The notes beneath the pieces are model-generated. The model worked only from the letters and a program-made list of their open reading frames with translations, searched no databases and was not told where the DNA came from. A stretch of DNA of 33,226 nt from a virus. Its lineage: Duplodnaviria; Caudoviricetes. Made by a program: the position numbers and the translations under genes. Of the stretch, positions 25,286-33,226 are shown piece by piece; within the stretch, counting starts at the first letter, position 1; every line of letters starts with the position of its first letter. The stretch lies in IMG/VR virus record IMGVR_UViG_3300032301_000465, positions 1-33,226 of that record; one strand, given 5' to 3'.

Positions 25286-25440
25286 CTGAGCAACATCCGG
25301 AGCAAATCCAAGCAGAGAAGATCGCCAAGCTAACCGCTCAGGTGGAACGACTGCGGGAGTTTATACGGACCTACACAGCCATCGAATGCCGAGGCCAGAC
25401 TTACTACCCGGAGTGGGCCGAGCGTGCGCTTCGTGAGTGA
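25282..25440 (+). CDS. 52-aa hypothetical protein, not in ORF track
   Basis: ATGA overlap; MTEQHPEQIQAEKIAKLTAQVERLREFI...AERALRE. Confidence 0.55.
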   Translation: MTEQHPEQIQAEKIAKLTAQVERLREFIRTYTAIECRGQTYYPEWAERALRE

Positions 25441-25453
25441 CGCTGGCCAAAAT
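25430..25453 (+). promoter_or_regulatory. Candidate phage-specific promoter upstream of the sigma-factor operon
   Basis: TTCGTG-N12-CAAAAT, 26 nt before ATG 25480. Confidence 0.55.
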
Positions 25454-25479
25454 ATTTATTCCCCAGGGGAGGGCGCACC

Positions 25480-25728
25480 ATGGCAGAGCGGATGAGTTTG
25501 CGAGTTGACGAGGGACTTTTAGAGGTTGTCACCACAGTGGACACACTGCAGCCAGGGCAGGTGCTGATGACGCTATTGAGAGACGGTCAGGAAACTGCCT
25601 GCTTTTTAATGACGCATCAGCAAGCTCGTGTGTTAGCTACTCACTTGGATGTGTGCTCAGAAATGGCCGAGGTGGAGGCAGATTGTGACGACGCAGGCGA
25701 AGCAGACGAACCAGAAGAAGCCGACTAA
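25480..25728 (+). CDS. Acidic hypothetical protein
   Basis: GGGAGG SD; D/E-rich tail. Confidence 0.55.
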   Translation: MAERMSLRVDEGLLEVVTTVDTLQPGQVLMTLLRDGQETACFLMTHQQARVLATHLDVCSEMAEVEADCDDAGEADEPEEAD

Positions 25729-26407
25729 GCCATTGACTCCCGAGCAGAAGACGATGGTTGAGGAGAACTTGCGGCTGGTCTATTTTGTATGCAGAAAATA
25801 TAGACCACCGCTAGGCATGGACCAAGACGATTGGCAAAGCGAAGTGATGGTGCAACTGGTGCGGGCTGTGCAGTATCACGACCCGGCACGGGGCAAATTG
25901 TCGACTGTGTTTGATCACTTTGTATACCGCAGGCGTGGGCATTTAAACGACTATTTCAAGCGTGGAAAAAGGGGCCGAGTTATTAAATACTCACTCGATG
26001 CGGAGGTCAGTTTGCTGGACATGCAGGGCCGAGATCATCACTGGAATGGGCTGGATGCCGCCATGGTGACCAGGCAGGCATTAGAATTTTGCACACCGCA
26101 AGAGGCTGATATTCTGCAGCGCTTGGCAAAGGATTACACCATTCGGGAAATTGCTGACCACTATGGCGTGAGCCACCAGCGCATCTGCCAGCACCTGACC
26201 ATTGCACGCCGCAAGGTTGCCAACATGATGCCAGGTGAACTGATCCAAACCACCAAGTGCCTGCGCTGCGGCGGCGGTGCTCAACAATACAACCTGAATA
26301 AGAATCTTTACTGCTGCCAGTGCAGCTACCAGTTGCTGCACGAGCGAAAACTGTCCGGCGAACGTGGACGATTAAAACGTCTAAAGTTGGCCCAAAAAAA
26401 TGGGTGA
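25685..26407 (+). CDS. Sigma70-family alternative sigma factor with C-terminal Zn ribbon
   Basis: Region 2 VEENLRLVYFVCRKY..LVRAVQYHDPARGKLST; region 4 YTIREIADHYGVSHQRICQ; CLRC..CCQC; GGAGG SD before GTG 25685. Confidence 0.82.
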   Translation: MTTQAKQTNQKKPTKPLTPEQKTMVEENLRLVYFVCRKYRPPLGMDQDDWQSEVMVQLVRAVQYHDPARGKLSTVFDHFVYRRRGHLNDYFKRGKRGRVIKYSLDAEVSLLDMQGRDHHWNGLDAAMVTRQALEFCTPQEADILQRLAKDYTIREIADHYGVSHQRICQHLTIARRKVANMMPGELIQTTKCLRCGGGAQQYNLNKNLYCCQCSYQLLHERKLSGERGRLKRLKLAQKNG

Positions 26408-26564
26408 GGTTGAAACGTTGCGCAATTTGGCACGGCATTACGGGCTGTGTCCTGATAGGCACCCGGTCATTAAGCGGCTACTGGCGGCGCTGGAGGCACG
26501 CAATGGAGTTCCAGAATTACGAGCAGATAGTGATGCACTTAATCAACGCGGCGAATCTGATTAA
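26400..26564 (+). CDS. 54-aa hypothetical protein, not in ORF track
   Basis: Overlaps the sigma stop and fills the gap; MGEVETLRNLARHYGLCPDRHPVIKRLL. Confidence 0.35.
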   Translation: MGEVETLRNLARHYGLCPDRHPVIKRLLAALEARNGVPELRADSDALNQRGESD

Positions 26565-26748
26565 GGATTCTGGGGAACGCATGCGAGTGGACTGGCCGAA
26601 CATGGCTCACATGCGAACTATCGACCAGTGGTTACGCCGAAGTCAGAAAGAAATTGAGGCCGCACGGGAGCTAGTAAGACGTGAAATACCAAAGCGACGA
26701 CCCGGAACATCTGGCCCAGATAAGGGCGTGGGCAGCGGGCCGGCTTAA
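26503..26748 (+). CDS. Hypothetical protein
   Basis: GGAGG SD before ATG 26503. Confidence 0.5.
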   Translation: MEFQNYEQIVMHLINAANLIKDSGERMRVDWPNMAHMRTIDQWLRRSQKEIEAARELVRREIPKRRPGTSGPDKGVGSGPA

Positions 26749-26893
26749 AGAGCTGGCACAAATCAAGGCTCGACCGACTGATGAGATCGGCGAGCTTGAC
26801 GAGGCACTCACCGCAGTGGTGAGGTTGGTGGGCGAAGTGGAGCGTTTGCGGGGGGTTCTGCAAGCGTTCCTAGGGATTGAATGGGAGGGCTAG
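26681..26893 (+). CDS. Hypothetical protein
   Basis: LVGEVERLR motif common in small phage proteins. Confidence 0.5.
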   Translation: MKYQSDDPEHLAQIRAWAAGRLKELAQIKARPTDEIGELDEALTAVVRLVGEVERLRGVLQAFLGIEWEG

Positions 26894-26894
26894 C

Positions 26895-27971
26895 ATGAAG
26901 TTTAATCGGGCGAATTTACTGGGTGCATTGACCAGGGTGATGCCGGCTGTTGGCCGCGATCTCAACCGGCCAGTGCTGACATGTGTGCTGATCGATGTTA
27001 AGCCTTTGGTGATCTCTGTGGAGTGCACGAACCAAGAGCAGCACCTGCGCTGCCTAATCGAGGGTGACAGCACAGAAGAGTTTAAGGTTCTGGTCAGCGC
27101 ATCGAGGCTAGCCGAGATTTTAAAGCGCAGCGACTGCGGCCAAATTGAGTTTGTCATCGAGGATAAGGTACTAGCTGTTGTTGCTGGTGGCGCTCGGTTC
27201 GAGTTGCCGCTGCAGGATTGCGATGCGTTCCCAAGCTGCGAAGATCTCGAAGGTGTTGAGGTGCGCATTGAGGGTGAGGAGTTAACCAGAGCAATCGCAT
27301 CAACCAGCTACGCTGCGGCCAAGGATCTGGCGCGGTTCACCATGATGGGCGTGTTTGTATCTGGCCAGAATAACACGCTTGAGTTTGTGGCCACCGATGG
27401 CAGGCGGTTGGCCAAGGCGACGAAACAGGCGGACTTTGCTGGGGTGATTTCGGCAGTGGTTCCGGCCAGTGCCTGGCGAATGGCGGGAAATTTTACCGGC
27501 CTTGTGCGGCTAGTGTTTTCCAAACGGGGTATGACATTGTCAACCAACGATGGGTTCAAAATGAAAACCCTGCTGGTCGAAGGGAAATACCCTGATTACC
27601 AAGCTGTCATTCCAAAGGACTCAGGCACAGCATGGCGAGGCTTTGCGCCTGCCGAATTGGCGCGGGCAGTGCGCCAGGCGCAGGTGATGGTAGACCGGGA
27701 GAGTCTTCGCCTCGATGTGCAACTAGGCGCAACCGGGCCGGGTGGTGCCGCCATGGTTTTGGGTGGCAGGTCTGCGACTGCTGGTAGCAGCCAGATTACT
27801 GCTTTTTTTGCAGGCGAAGGCAAAGCGCATGTCAGCCTTAACCCGGTGTTTTTGTTGGAGGCTTTGGAGGCATTCGACACCGAGGAAGAGGTTGTATTTC
27901 AGACTCGCGGCAATGGGCCGGTGACGCTTTCTGCCGGCAAGATATACACACTAATCATGCCGCAAACATGA
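26895..27971 (+). CDS. dnaN: DNA polymerase III beta sliding clamp
   Basis: RPVLTCV, VATDGRRLA, LVEGKYPDYQAVIP, LNPVFLLEAL, C-terminal LIMP. Confidence 0.93.
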   Translation: MKFNRANLLGALTRVMPAVGRDLNRPVLTCVLIDVKPLVISVECTNQEQHLRCLIEGDSTEEFKVLVSASRLAEILKRSDCGQIEFVIEDKVLAVVAGGARFELPLQDCDAFPSCEDLEGVEVRIEGEELTRAIASTSYAAAKDLARFTMMGVFVSGQNNTLEFVATDGRRLAKATKQADFAGVISAVVPASAWRMAGNFTGLVRLVFSKRGMTLSTNDGFKMKTLLVEGKYPDYQAVIPKDSGTAWRGFAPAELARAVRQAQVMVDRESLRLDVQLGATGPGGAAMVLGGRSATAGSSQITAFFAGEGKAHVSLNPVFLLEALEAFDTEEEVVFQTRGNGPVTLSAGKIYTLIMPQT

Positions 27972-28168
27972 GGTTAAACATGCACGAACTACCAGCCATG
28001 AGCAAGGCGCGGTTACTGGAAATCCAGAGCCGCGCCCAGTATTACCCAGACCCGGAGCTGCGCAAGGTGCTGCAGGATTTGCTTGCCGAGATCAAGCGGT
28101 TGAACGCCGAGAACGACAACCTGAACGAGGATCTGATCGAGCGTGATGCAGAAGATCTGGAGTGGTAA
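27968..28168 (+). CDS. Hypothetical coiled-coil protein
   Basis: ATGA overlap; LLAEIKRL. Confidence 0.5.
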   Translation: MRLNMHELPAMSKARLLEIQSRAQYYPDPELRKVLQDLLAEIKRLNAENDNLNEDLIERDAEDLEW

Positions 28169-28542
28169 AGTGCTTAGAACTGTGGCTGCCTGCGCCGCCT
28201 AGTGTTAACAATATGTACCGCAGCGGGCGGGGCAGAGTCTACCGCTCGACCGGATACAAACGGTGGCAGCAGGAGGCTGATCTGGCATTCATTCAGGCGG
28301 GAGGTCTTCGGCCATGGAGCGCGTACCCGGTGTGTGTCGAGATCGATCTATTCCCTGGTCCGCAATACCGGCAGCGCGACCTCGACAACATCGTGAAACC
28401 GCTGCTCGATTTTCTGGTGTACCGCTCGGTACTGGCGGACGACAGCACGCAGCACATTCGGCGTGTGGTAGTTCAGTTTCAGTCGGAGCGCCTGCAATCG
28501 AACCAAGTGAGGTTGAGAATTCGGAAGGCATCGTCGCTGTAG
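28162..28542 (+). CDS. rusA: RusA-family Holliday junction resolvase
   Basis: LPAPPSVNNMY, RDLDNIVKPLLD, LADDS. Confidence 0.92.
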   Translation: MVKCLELWLPAPPSVNNMYRSGRGRVYRSTGYKRWQQEADLAFIQAGGLRPWSAYPVCVEIDLFPGPQYRQRDLDNIVKPLLDFLVYRSVLADDSTQHIRRVVVQFQSERLQSNQVRLRIRKASSL

Positions 28543-28562
28543 TTCCCGGTCTGCATTCGGAC

Positions 28563-29030
28563 ATGGCACACATTGACCGCGCCGAGATGGCACAACGCAT
28601 CGAGCAAATCAGAGACGAGCGACTGTTACCCGAGGCGGCCATCATCTGGCTTGGCAAACTACTGTTAGAACCACAGCAAAGGCTATGGCGCATCGAGCTT
28701 GCCATCGAGCAGCTAATCCTGAAGGTTCCCAACATGCCGGCAGAGATGCTGGCCGATGTGTGCGAGATACTTTGTCCGGAGCTATACGGCGAGCCACCAG
28801 CGCCACCCAGAGCCAGCCATGCGCTGCCAAAAAGCCGAGCCAGACTGGCAGCACTTCAGCGCAGGCATCAAGCTCTACATGGCCTGTGGCATCGGGATGA
28901 TTCGTTCGTGGACAGCGTCACCAGCCGCCAGCAAGAGCTATTTCTCTACTCCGAAATCATTGAGGCCAGCCACCCGATTCCAAGAACTGACAGCAACATC
29001 ATCCGCATCACCCGGCTGGATATTGGCTGA
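28563..29030 (+). CDS. Hypothetical protein, possible late regulator
   Basis: SHALPKSRARLAALQRR..LWHRDD; QQELF near C-terminus; last gene before candidate late promoter. Confidence 0.55.
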   Translation: MAHIDRAEMAQRIEQIRDERLLPEAAIIWLGKLLLEPQQRLWRIELAIEQLILKVPNMPAEMLADVCEILCPELYGEPPAPPRASHALPKSRARLAALQRRHQALHGLWHRDDSFVDSVTSRQQELFLYSEIIEASHPIPRTDSNIIRITRLDIG

Positions 29031-29053
29031 TCGTGCTGGGCACCTAGCAGACT
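29030..29053 (+). promoter_or_regulatory. Candidate phage-specific late promoter (leaderless transcript)
   Basis: ATCGTG-N12-CAGACT, 6 nt before ATG 29060, which lacks an SD. Confidence 0.55.
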
Positions 29054-29059
29054 GAACGC

Positions 29060-29347
29060 ATGGCCAACCGAATCCCACAGCACCGACCACCCCACGCCAG
29101 GCTAACCGTGCCAAAGGCAGAAGTACCACGCGAAAGCGCACACGCCAGAGGCTACGACCGCACCTGGCAGAATCTGCGGTTGATGATTCTGCGGCGCTCA
29201 CCGCTCTGCGTAAAGTGCGGCCAAGGCGCTAGCCAGGTGGATCACATCACGCCGATACGAAAAGGCGGCGCGCGGCTTGACCCGCAGAATTTGCAGTCAC
29301 TTTGTCATTCGTGTCACAGTACGAAAACAGCAACAGAGGATAGGTAA
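29060..29347 (+). CDS. Terminase-associated HNH endonuclease (HK97 gp74-like)
   Basis: SAHARGYDRTW..PLCVKC..VDHITP..GG..NLQSLCHSCHSTKT. Confidence 0.9.
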   Translation: MANRIPQHRPPHARLTVPKAEVPRESAHARGYDRTWQNLRLMILRRSPLCVKCGQGASQVDHITPIRKGGARLDPQNLQSLCHSCHSTKTATEDR

Positions 29348-29766
29348 TGGCTAAATCAACCAATCTGAATTTCACCCAAGAAATCAATGTGCTAGGCAAG
29401 CGCCTAACCAGCACAGACACCACCACCTATGTGACCCTGTACACGGCCAGCACAGATGATGCCGTGGTCAAAAGCATCACGGTAACCACCACCGATACAA
29501 GCGCCGTAAACCTGAAGATTGCCATCAATGACGGCACAACTGATTTTCTGCTTGGCACAGTGCGTGTGGCATTGGCCAGCGGCACAGATGGTGCGGTGGC
29601 TACTGTGGATATTCTTGGTTCAAGCCTGTTGCCTGGGCTGCCAAGGGATCTAAATAACAGAACGATACTTCCGCTTAAAAATGGCCACATTTTGAAGGTT
29701 GGCTGTTTGGCAGCGATGACGGCAGCAAAGCAAACGGATGTAATCGCAGTAGTGGAGGAGTACTGA
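29347..29766 (+). CDS. Putative virion structural protein
   Basis: Thr-rich, beta-rich (TLYTA..VVKSITVT); TAATG coupling. Confidence 0.55.
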   Translation: MAKSTNLNFTQEINVLGKRLTSTDTTTYVTLYTASTDDAVVKSITVTTTDTSAVNLKIAINDGTTDFLLGTVRVALASGTDGAVATVDILGSSLLPGLPRDLNNRTILPLKNGHILKVGCLAAMTAAKQTDVIAVVEEY

Positions 29767-29767
29767 G

Positions 29768-30031
29768 ATGGCTGATCAGCATAGCAGTTTTGCAGAAGGC
29801 TTGACAAGCCCAGCGGATAACCAAGTGGCCATCACGCCATCAGACAGCACGGATCTGGCGTTTAACTCACGGGCTATCCGAATCGGCGTAGGCGGTACTC
29901 TGGTAGTCACTCCAGCGGGTGGTGGATCAGATGTGACTTACACGGTTTACAACGGCGAGGTGTTGCCAATCCGTGTTAGCCGAGTGAAGGCAACCGGGAC
30001 CACTGCCACCAACTTGGTTAATTGGTACTGA
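29768..30031 (+). CDS. Head spike base protein (RcGTA Rcc01079-like)
   Basis: AITPSDSTDL..RAI.IGVGG.L..LPIRVSRVKATGTTAT. Confidence 0.8.
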   Translation: MADQHSSFAEGLTSPADNQVAITPSDSTDLAFNSRAIRIGVGGTLVVTPAGGGSDVTYTVYNGEVLPIRVSRVKATGTTATNLVNWY

Positions 30032-30032
30032 C

Positions 30033-31364
30033 ATGCTTGACCTACTAGGCATCGGAACCAACAGGGGGCACAGCATGATTGGTGTTGGAATTTCTGCTGG
30101 TTTGACGGGCGCTAAAAGGGCTAGGTCTATTCAAGATCCTTTGCCAGCGTTAGATTTGGACTGGGCCACTGACAGGTCTTTGCCAGCGGCCTATGGGCCT
30201 ACGCCAAGCTTTTCCAGGGCATCGACTGGCACATATTTTACTTCATCCGGTGTGCTAACCACAGCAGCGATTAACGGGCCAAGATTCAATCATGTCTACA
30301 ACGGATCTAGCTGGGTGAGTAAAGGTTTGCTGATTGAGGAGCAGAGGACGAATAATCTTCAGCAGTCAAACTCATTCAATACCACTTGGGTATTACTTGG
30401 TGGAGCAGTTGTCGCAAATTCTGGCACATCACCAGACGGGACAAATAACGCTTGGAAAATGAATGAACTGGCTACCACTACTCAATCACATGGTATTTAC
30501 CAAACCTTAACGATTCCGGGCGGTGCGTGTACTTGGTCAATTTATGCAAAAGCTGGTGAGCGGAGCTGGTTGCAATTTAATGCTTATAATTCAGCCACAA
30601 ATTTTATTACTTGGTTTAATCTTTCCAACGGAACAGTAGGAACTAATGCAGCCGGGAACACGGCAACAATAACGCCCGTAGGAGATGGTTGGTATAGGTG
30701 CAGTATTACAAGGTCTGCTGGTGCGGACTATGCTCAATTTTACACGGCGAACGGCGATAATAACGGCAGCTATTTAGGTGAGGTTGGTAAGGGAATTTAC
30801 ATCTTTGGGGCACAAGTTGAAACCGGCTCCTTCCCCACCAGCTACATCCCCACCACCACAGCAGCGGTGACAAGGTCAGCAGATGTTTGTCAGATTACTG
30901 GGGGTGATTTTAGTGGTTTTTGGAATGCGAGTGAGGGAAGTTACGCTGTTGAGTTCGACAGGCTTGCCGATAATAACGCAGGAAATACTAACAGATGGAC
31001 ATTGTCTTTAACTAACGGGTCAACCAGCTATATTAACCATTTTGCTGCAACGCCCGGCGGAGGCTCTTATAACGACTATTCTGTTATTTATTCAACCGGA
31101 TCGCAACAAGCAGCCGCATTTGTAACCAGCTTAGCTGGCGGAGTAATGGCGAAATCTGCGACTGGATGGAAAGTTAACGACTTCGCAGCATCTTTCAATG
31201 GTGGAGCAGTACAAACCGACAGCAGCGTTATTGTTCCTGTTGGCATAAATAGACTAGACCTCGGCATGAGTGGCTCAAACTATTTTCTTTGCGGCCACAT
31301 CTCCCGCCTACGCTACTACCCAACGCGATTGACCAACGCACAACTTGAGAGTCTTTCCACATGA
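30033..31364 (+). CDS. Head spike fibre protein (RcGTA Rcc01080-like) with beta-sandwich domains
   Basis: SFSRASTGTY..PRFNH..GLLIEEQRTN, GAQVE.GSFPTSYIPTT..VTRSAD, LRYYPTRLTNAQL; start 30033 or 30075. Confidence 0.78.
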   Translation: MLDLLGIGTNRGHSMIGVGISAGLTGAKRARSIQDPLPALDLDWATDRSLPAAYGPTPSFSRASTGTYFTSSGVLTTAAINGPRFNHVYNGSSWVSKGLLIEEQRTNNLQQSNSFNTTWVLLGGAVVANSGTSPDGTNNAWKMNELATTTQSHGIYQTLTIPGGACTWSIYAKAGERSWLQFNAYNSATNFITWFNLSNGTVGTNAAGNTATITPVGDGWYRCSITRSAGADYAQFYTANGDNNGSYLGEVGKGIYIFGAQVETGSFPTSYIPTTTAAVTRSADVCQITGGDFSGFWNASEGSYAVEFDRLADNNAGNTNRWTLSLTNGSTSYINHFAATPGGGSYNDYSVIYSTGSQQAAAFVTSLAGGVMAKSATGWKVNDFAASFNGGAVQTDSSVIVPVGINRLDLGMSGSNYFLCGHISRLRYYPTRLTNAQLESLST

Positions 31365-31696
31365 TTGATCTACTCCTGAAATTTCCCAGCCAGTTGGTGG
31401 CAGCGCAAGTTGGCCAAGCGCTTGGCTATTCCACGCAAGACTCAGAAACCGGAGAGTGGCAAACCACTCAAGCAACACTCGACATAGCTATCTGTGTGAT
31501 CGGTGAACACTACGCGCCTACCGGGGAAACAACCGAAGGGCCAACCGGGGAGCAGGTGCTGGTTATGGCTGGTGATGGCAAATGGTGGGTTATGGTGAGG
31601 AGCCTAGTAGAGATTGAGCTACCAGAGCAGATTCTGCCCTACATCGTCGAGCGTGACCCAGCAAACCCAGCCATACCCAATCAGGTGTGGGCATGA
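31361..31696 (+). CDS. Hypothetical protein (possible fibre chaperone)
   Basis: ATGA overlap with fibre; ends PANPAIPNQVWA. Confidence 0.55.
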   Translation: MIDLLLKFPSQLVAAQVGQALGYSTQDSETGEWQTTQATLDIAICVIGEHYAPTGETTEGPTGEQVLVMAGDGKWWVMVRSLVEIELPEQILPYIVERDPANPAIPNQVWA

Positions 31697-31956
31697 GCTA
31701 CACAAGCAAGCTGAATCTCTGCCTGTCACAGTCCACCAGCCTAGGCGGATCGGATACCAGCGCGGCTAAGGCTCTGCCAACTCGCAGACTTACCGACCGG
31801 CTTAATTTTGCACTGGCTGGGTATGGTTTGCTGGCTGGTGGTTCGGTTAGTGCGGCGGAGCCTGCGAATATTGCGACCGAGCATTCAAGCAGCACAGTCA
31901 TCACGACGACGATAGCAAAGAACGCATCTATTTCTTACATCATCCGAGGCGGTTAA
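31693..31956 (+). CDS. Hypothetical protein
   Basis: ATGA overlap; fills gap. Confidence 0.45.
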   Translation: MSYTSKLNLCLSQSTSLGGSDTSAAKALPTRRLTDRLNFALAGYGLLAGGSVSAAEPANIATEHSSSTVITTTIAKNASISYIIRGG

Positions 31957-31958
31957 AC

Positions 31959-32270
31959 ATGCCACTCGACCCGTTCACAGGCACGGCGCTGTACAACATC
32001 GGCGACAAGCTGAGGCTGCAAGCCACCTTCACTGACCTTAGCGATGTTGTGGCCGATCCCACAGCGGTGGTGCTAAAGGTCAAGAATTCAGCCGGCACAG
32101 TCACCACCTACAACTACCCAGGCACCATCACCCGCGCCTCGGCTGGCGTGTACTACTACGATTTCGATGTGACGGTTTCTGGTACGCACTACTTTAATTG
32201 GGCCGGCACTGGTGCCTATACCGCTGCTGATGAGAGTAGCTTTACAGTGGTCACTACGGTGTTTGCGTAA
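31959..32270 (+). CDS. Putative Ig-like virion protein
   Basis: IGD.LRL.ATF..ADPT.V.L..GVYYYDF..GTHYFNW.GTG; GAGG SD. Confidence 0.6.
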   Translation: MPLDPFTGTALYNIGDKLRLQATFTDLSDVVADPTAVVLKVKNSAGTVTTYNYPGTITRASAGVYYYDFDVTVSGTHYFNWAGTGAYTAADESSFTVVTTVFA

Positions 32271-33151
32271 TGGCTACAGCCGAGCCATGGTGGTCGCTTG
32301 AAAAGACCGACAGCCATGCTTGGCGTTTGGATGTGCAATTTGATGGCACAGGCCACAAGCGCCGCATCTTATTGCTGGCAGATATTCACTGGGACAATGC
32401 GCATTGCCGGCTTGATTTACTAAAGCAGACCTTAGACATAGCCAAAGCCGAAGGCGCGCCTATATTTTCATTTGGCGATCACTTTTGTGCCATGCAAGGC
32501 AAATGGGATAAACGCTCAAGTGCAGATGCCATGCGTGATGAACACCGAGGTGGCAACTATCTAGACCTGCTGGTCAACACCTGCGCTGATTGGTTTAAGC
32601 CGTACGCCAGCAACCTAGCAATGATTAGCCTGGGCAACCACGAGACAGCCATCAGGCGGCACCATCAGGTTGACTTGAACCAACAGTTAGTTGGGCATCT
32701 TAGGCGTGAAGGCTCGCCAGTAGTGTCTGGTACTTACTGGGGATTCGTGGTCATTGGCTGCATGTTTGGCGCTAAAGGATTATCAGAGATAATCAAGATG
32801 CACTATGCGCATGGGAGCGGCGGCGGAGGAATGATAACCAGGGGCCTGATAGATCATAGCCGTACACGCAGTGACTATGACTGCGACATTCATGTAAGTG
32901 GTCACATCCATCGGCGCAACTGTGACGAGAATGTGATTACCCGAGTCACCGCACGCGGCAAGATCCAGCAAACACCGCAACTGTACCTGCGATGCTCGAC
33001 TTGGAAAGATGAATCTAAAGATGGCTATCATGTTGAGCAAGGTAGAGCAGCAAGACCAATAGGCGGATGGTGGTTAGAGCTGACAGGCAACAAGTCCAAG
33101 AATGTCAAGAGTAACACCTACACAGTTGATATCAAGGCTGTGCCTACATGA
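32270..33151 (+). CDS. Calcineurin-like metallophosphoesterase
   Basis: ADIH, FGD, GNHE, AHG, SGHIH motifs in order. Confidence 0.88.
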   Translation: MATAEPWWSLEKTDSHAWRLDVQFDGTGHKRRILLLADIHWDNAHCRLDLLKQTLDIAKAEGAPIFSFGDHFCAMQGKWDKRSSADAMRDEHRGGNYLDLLVNTCADWFKPYASNLAMISLGNHETAIRRHHQVDLNQQLVGHLRREGSPVVSGTYWGFVVIGCMFGAKGLSEIIKMHYAHGSGGGGMITRGLIDHSRTRSDYDCDIHVSGHIHRRNCDENVITRVTARGKIQQTPQLYLRCSTWKDESKDGYHVEQGRAARPIGGWWLELTGNKSKNVKSNTYTVDIKAVPT

Positions 33152-33176
33152 TGCAGGCTAGGCGCTGCTATCACCT

Positions 33177-33213
33177 AGGGGGGTGAGGCAAGCTGGGGGG
33201 TGGGCCGGAAGAC
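33177..33213. other. G-rich genome end, candidate cos-proximal sequence
   Basis: Two G6 runs ending GGCCGGAAGAC; on circularisation lies just upstream of terS. Confidence 0.55.
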
Positions 33214-33226
33214 AGATCGGAAGAGC
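33214..33226 (+). other. Illumina adapter remnant (artefact)
   Basis: Exact AGATCGGAAGAGC at the contig end. Confidence 0.97.

Larger units (their letters stand above)
1..33213. mobile_element. Temperate tailed phage (HK97-like head, non-contractile tail), near-complete genome
   Basis: Packaging, head, tail, lysis, integration and replication modules all present; begins just before terS; unsplit attP-like site next to the integrase. Confidence 0.95.

Noticed and set aside
33214-33226. GGAAGAC/GGAAGAGC near-repeat as a biological terminal motif
   Set aside because: AGATCGGAAGAGC is the Illumina adapter

Overview
Essentially complete genome (~33.2 kb) of a temperate, HK97-fold siphovirus-like phage, linearised at what look like its cos ends; the last 13 nt are Illumina adapter. 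Gene order: terS, terL, C39-like peptidase, portal, prohead protease/major capsid fusion, neck and tail genes with a -1 frameshifted chaperone, short tape measure, tail-tip genes, GT71-like glycosyltransferase, a lysis cassette with a papain-like protease and no recognisable murein hydrolase, an autonomous acidic-protein plus HTH operon, tyrosine integrase (the only minus-strand gene), attP matching tRNA-Pro(UGG), excisionase, CsrA-like protein, recombination and replication genes with iterons, sigma70-family factor, beta clamp, RusA, packaging HNH, RcGTA-like head-spike genes, and a metallophosphoesterase. The host is inferred, not shown, to be a Planctomycetota member. Best unannotated signals: (1) a WTCGTG-N12-YAnnnT promoter-like motif at five module starts, one inside the protease-capsid fusion just before an internal SD and ATG; (2) an acr-aca-like operon; (3) a tRNA-shaped RNA with expanded loops; (4) Qx[D/E]LF clamp-binding motifs in three proteins of a clamp-encoding phage; (5) an inverted 17-bp copy of the att core; (6) no CI-type repressor. 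All family calls come from motif recognition by eye; no searches were run.
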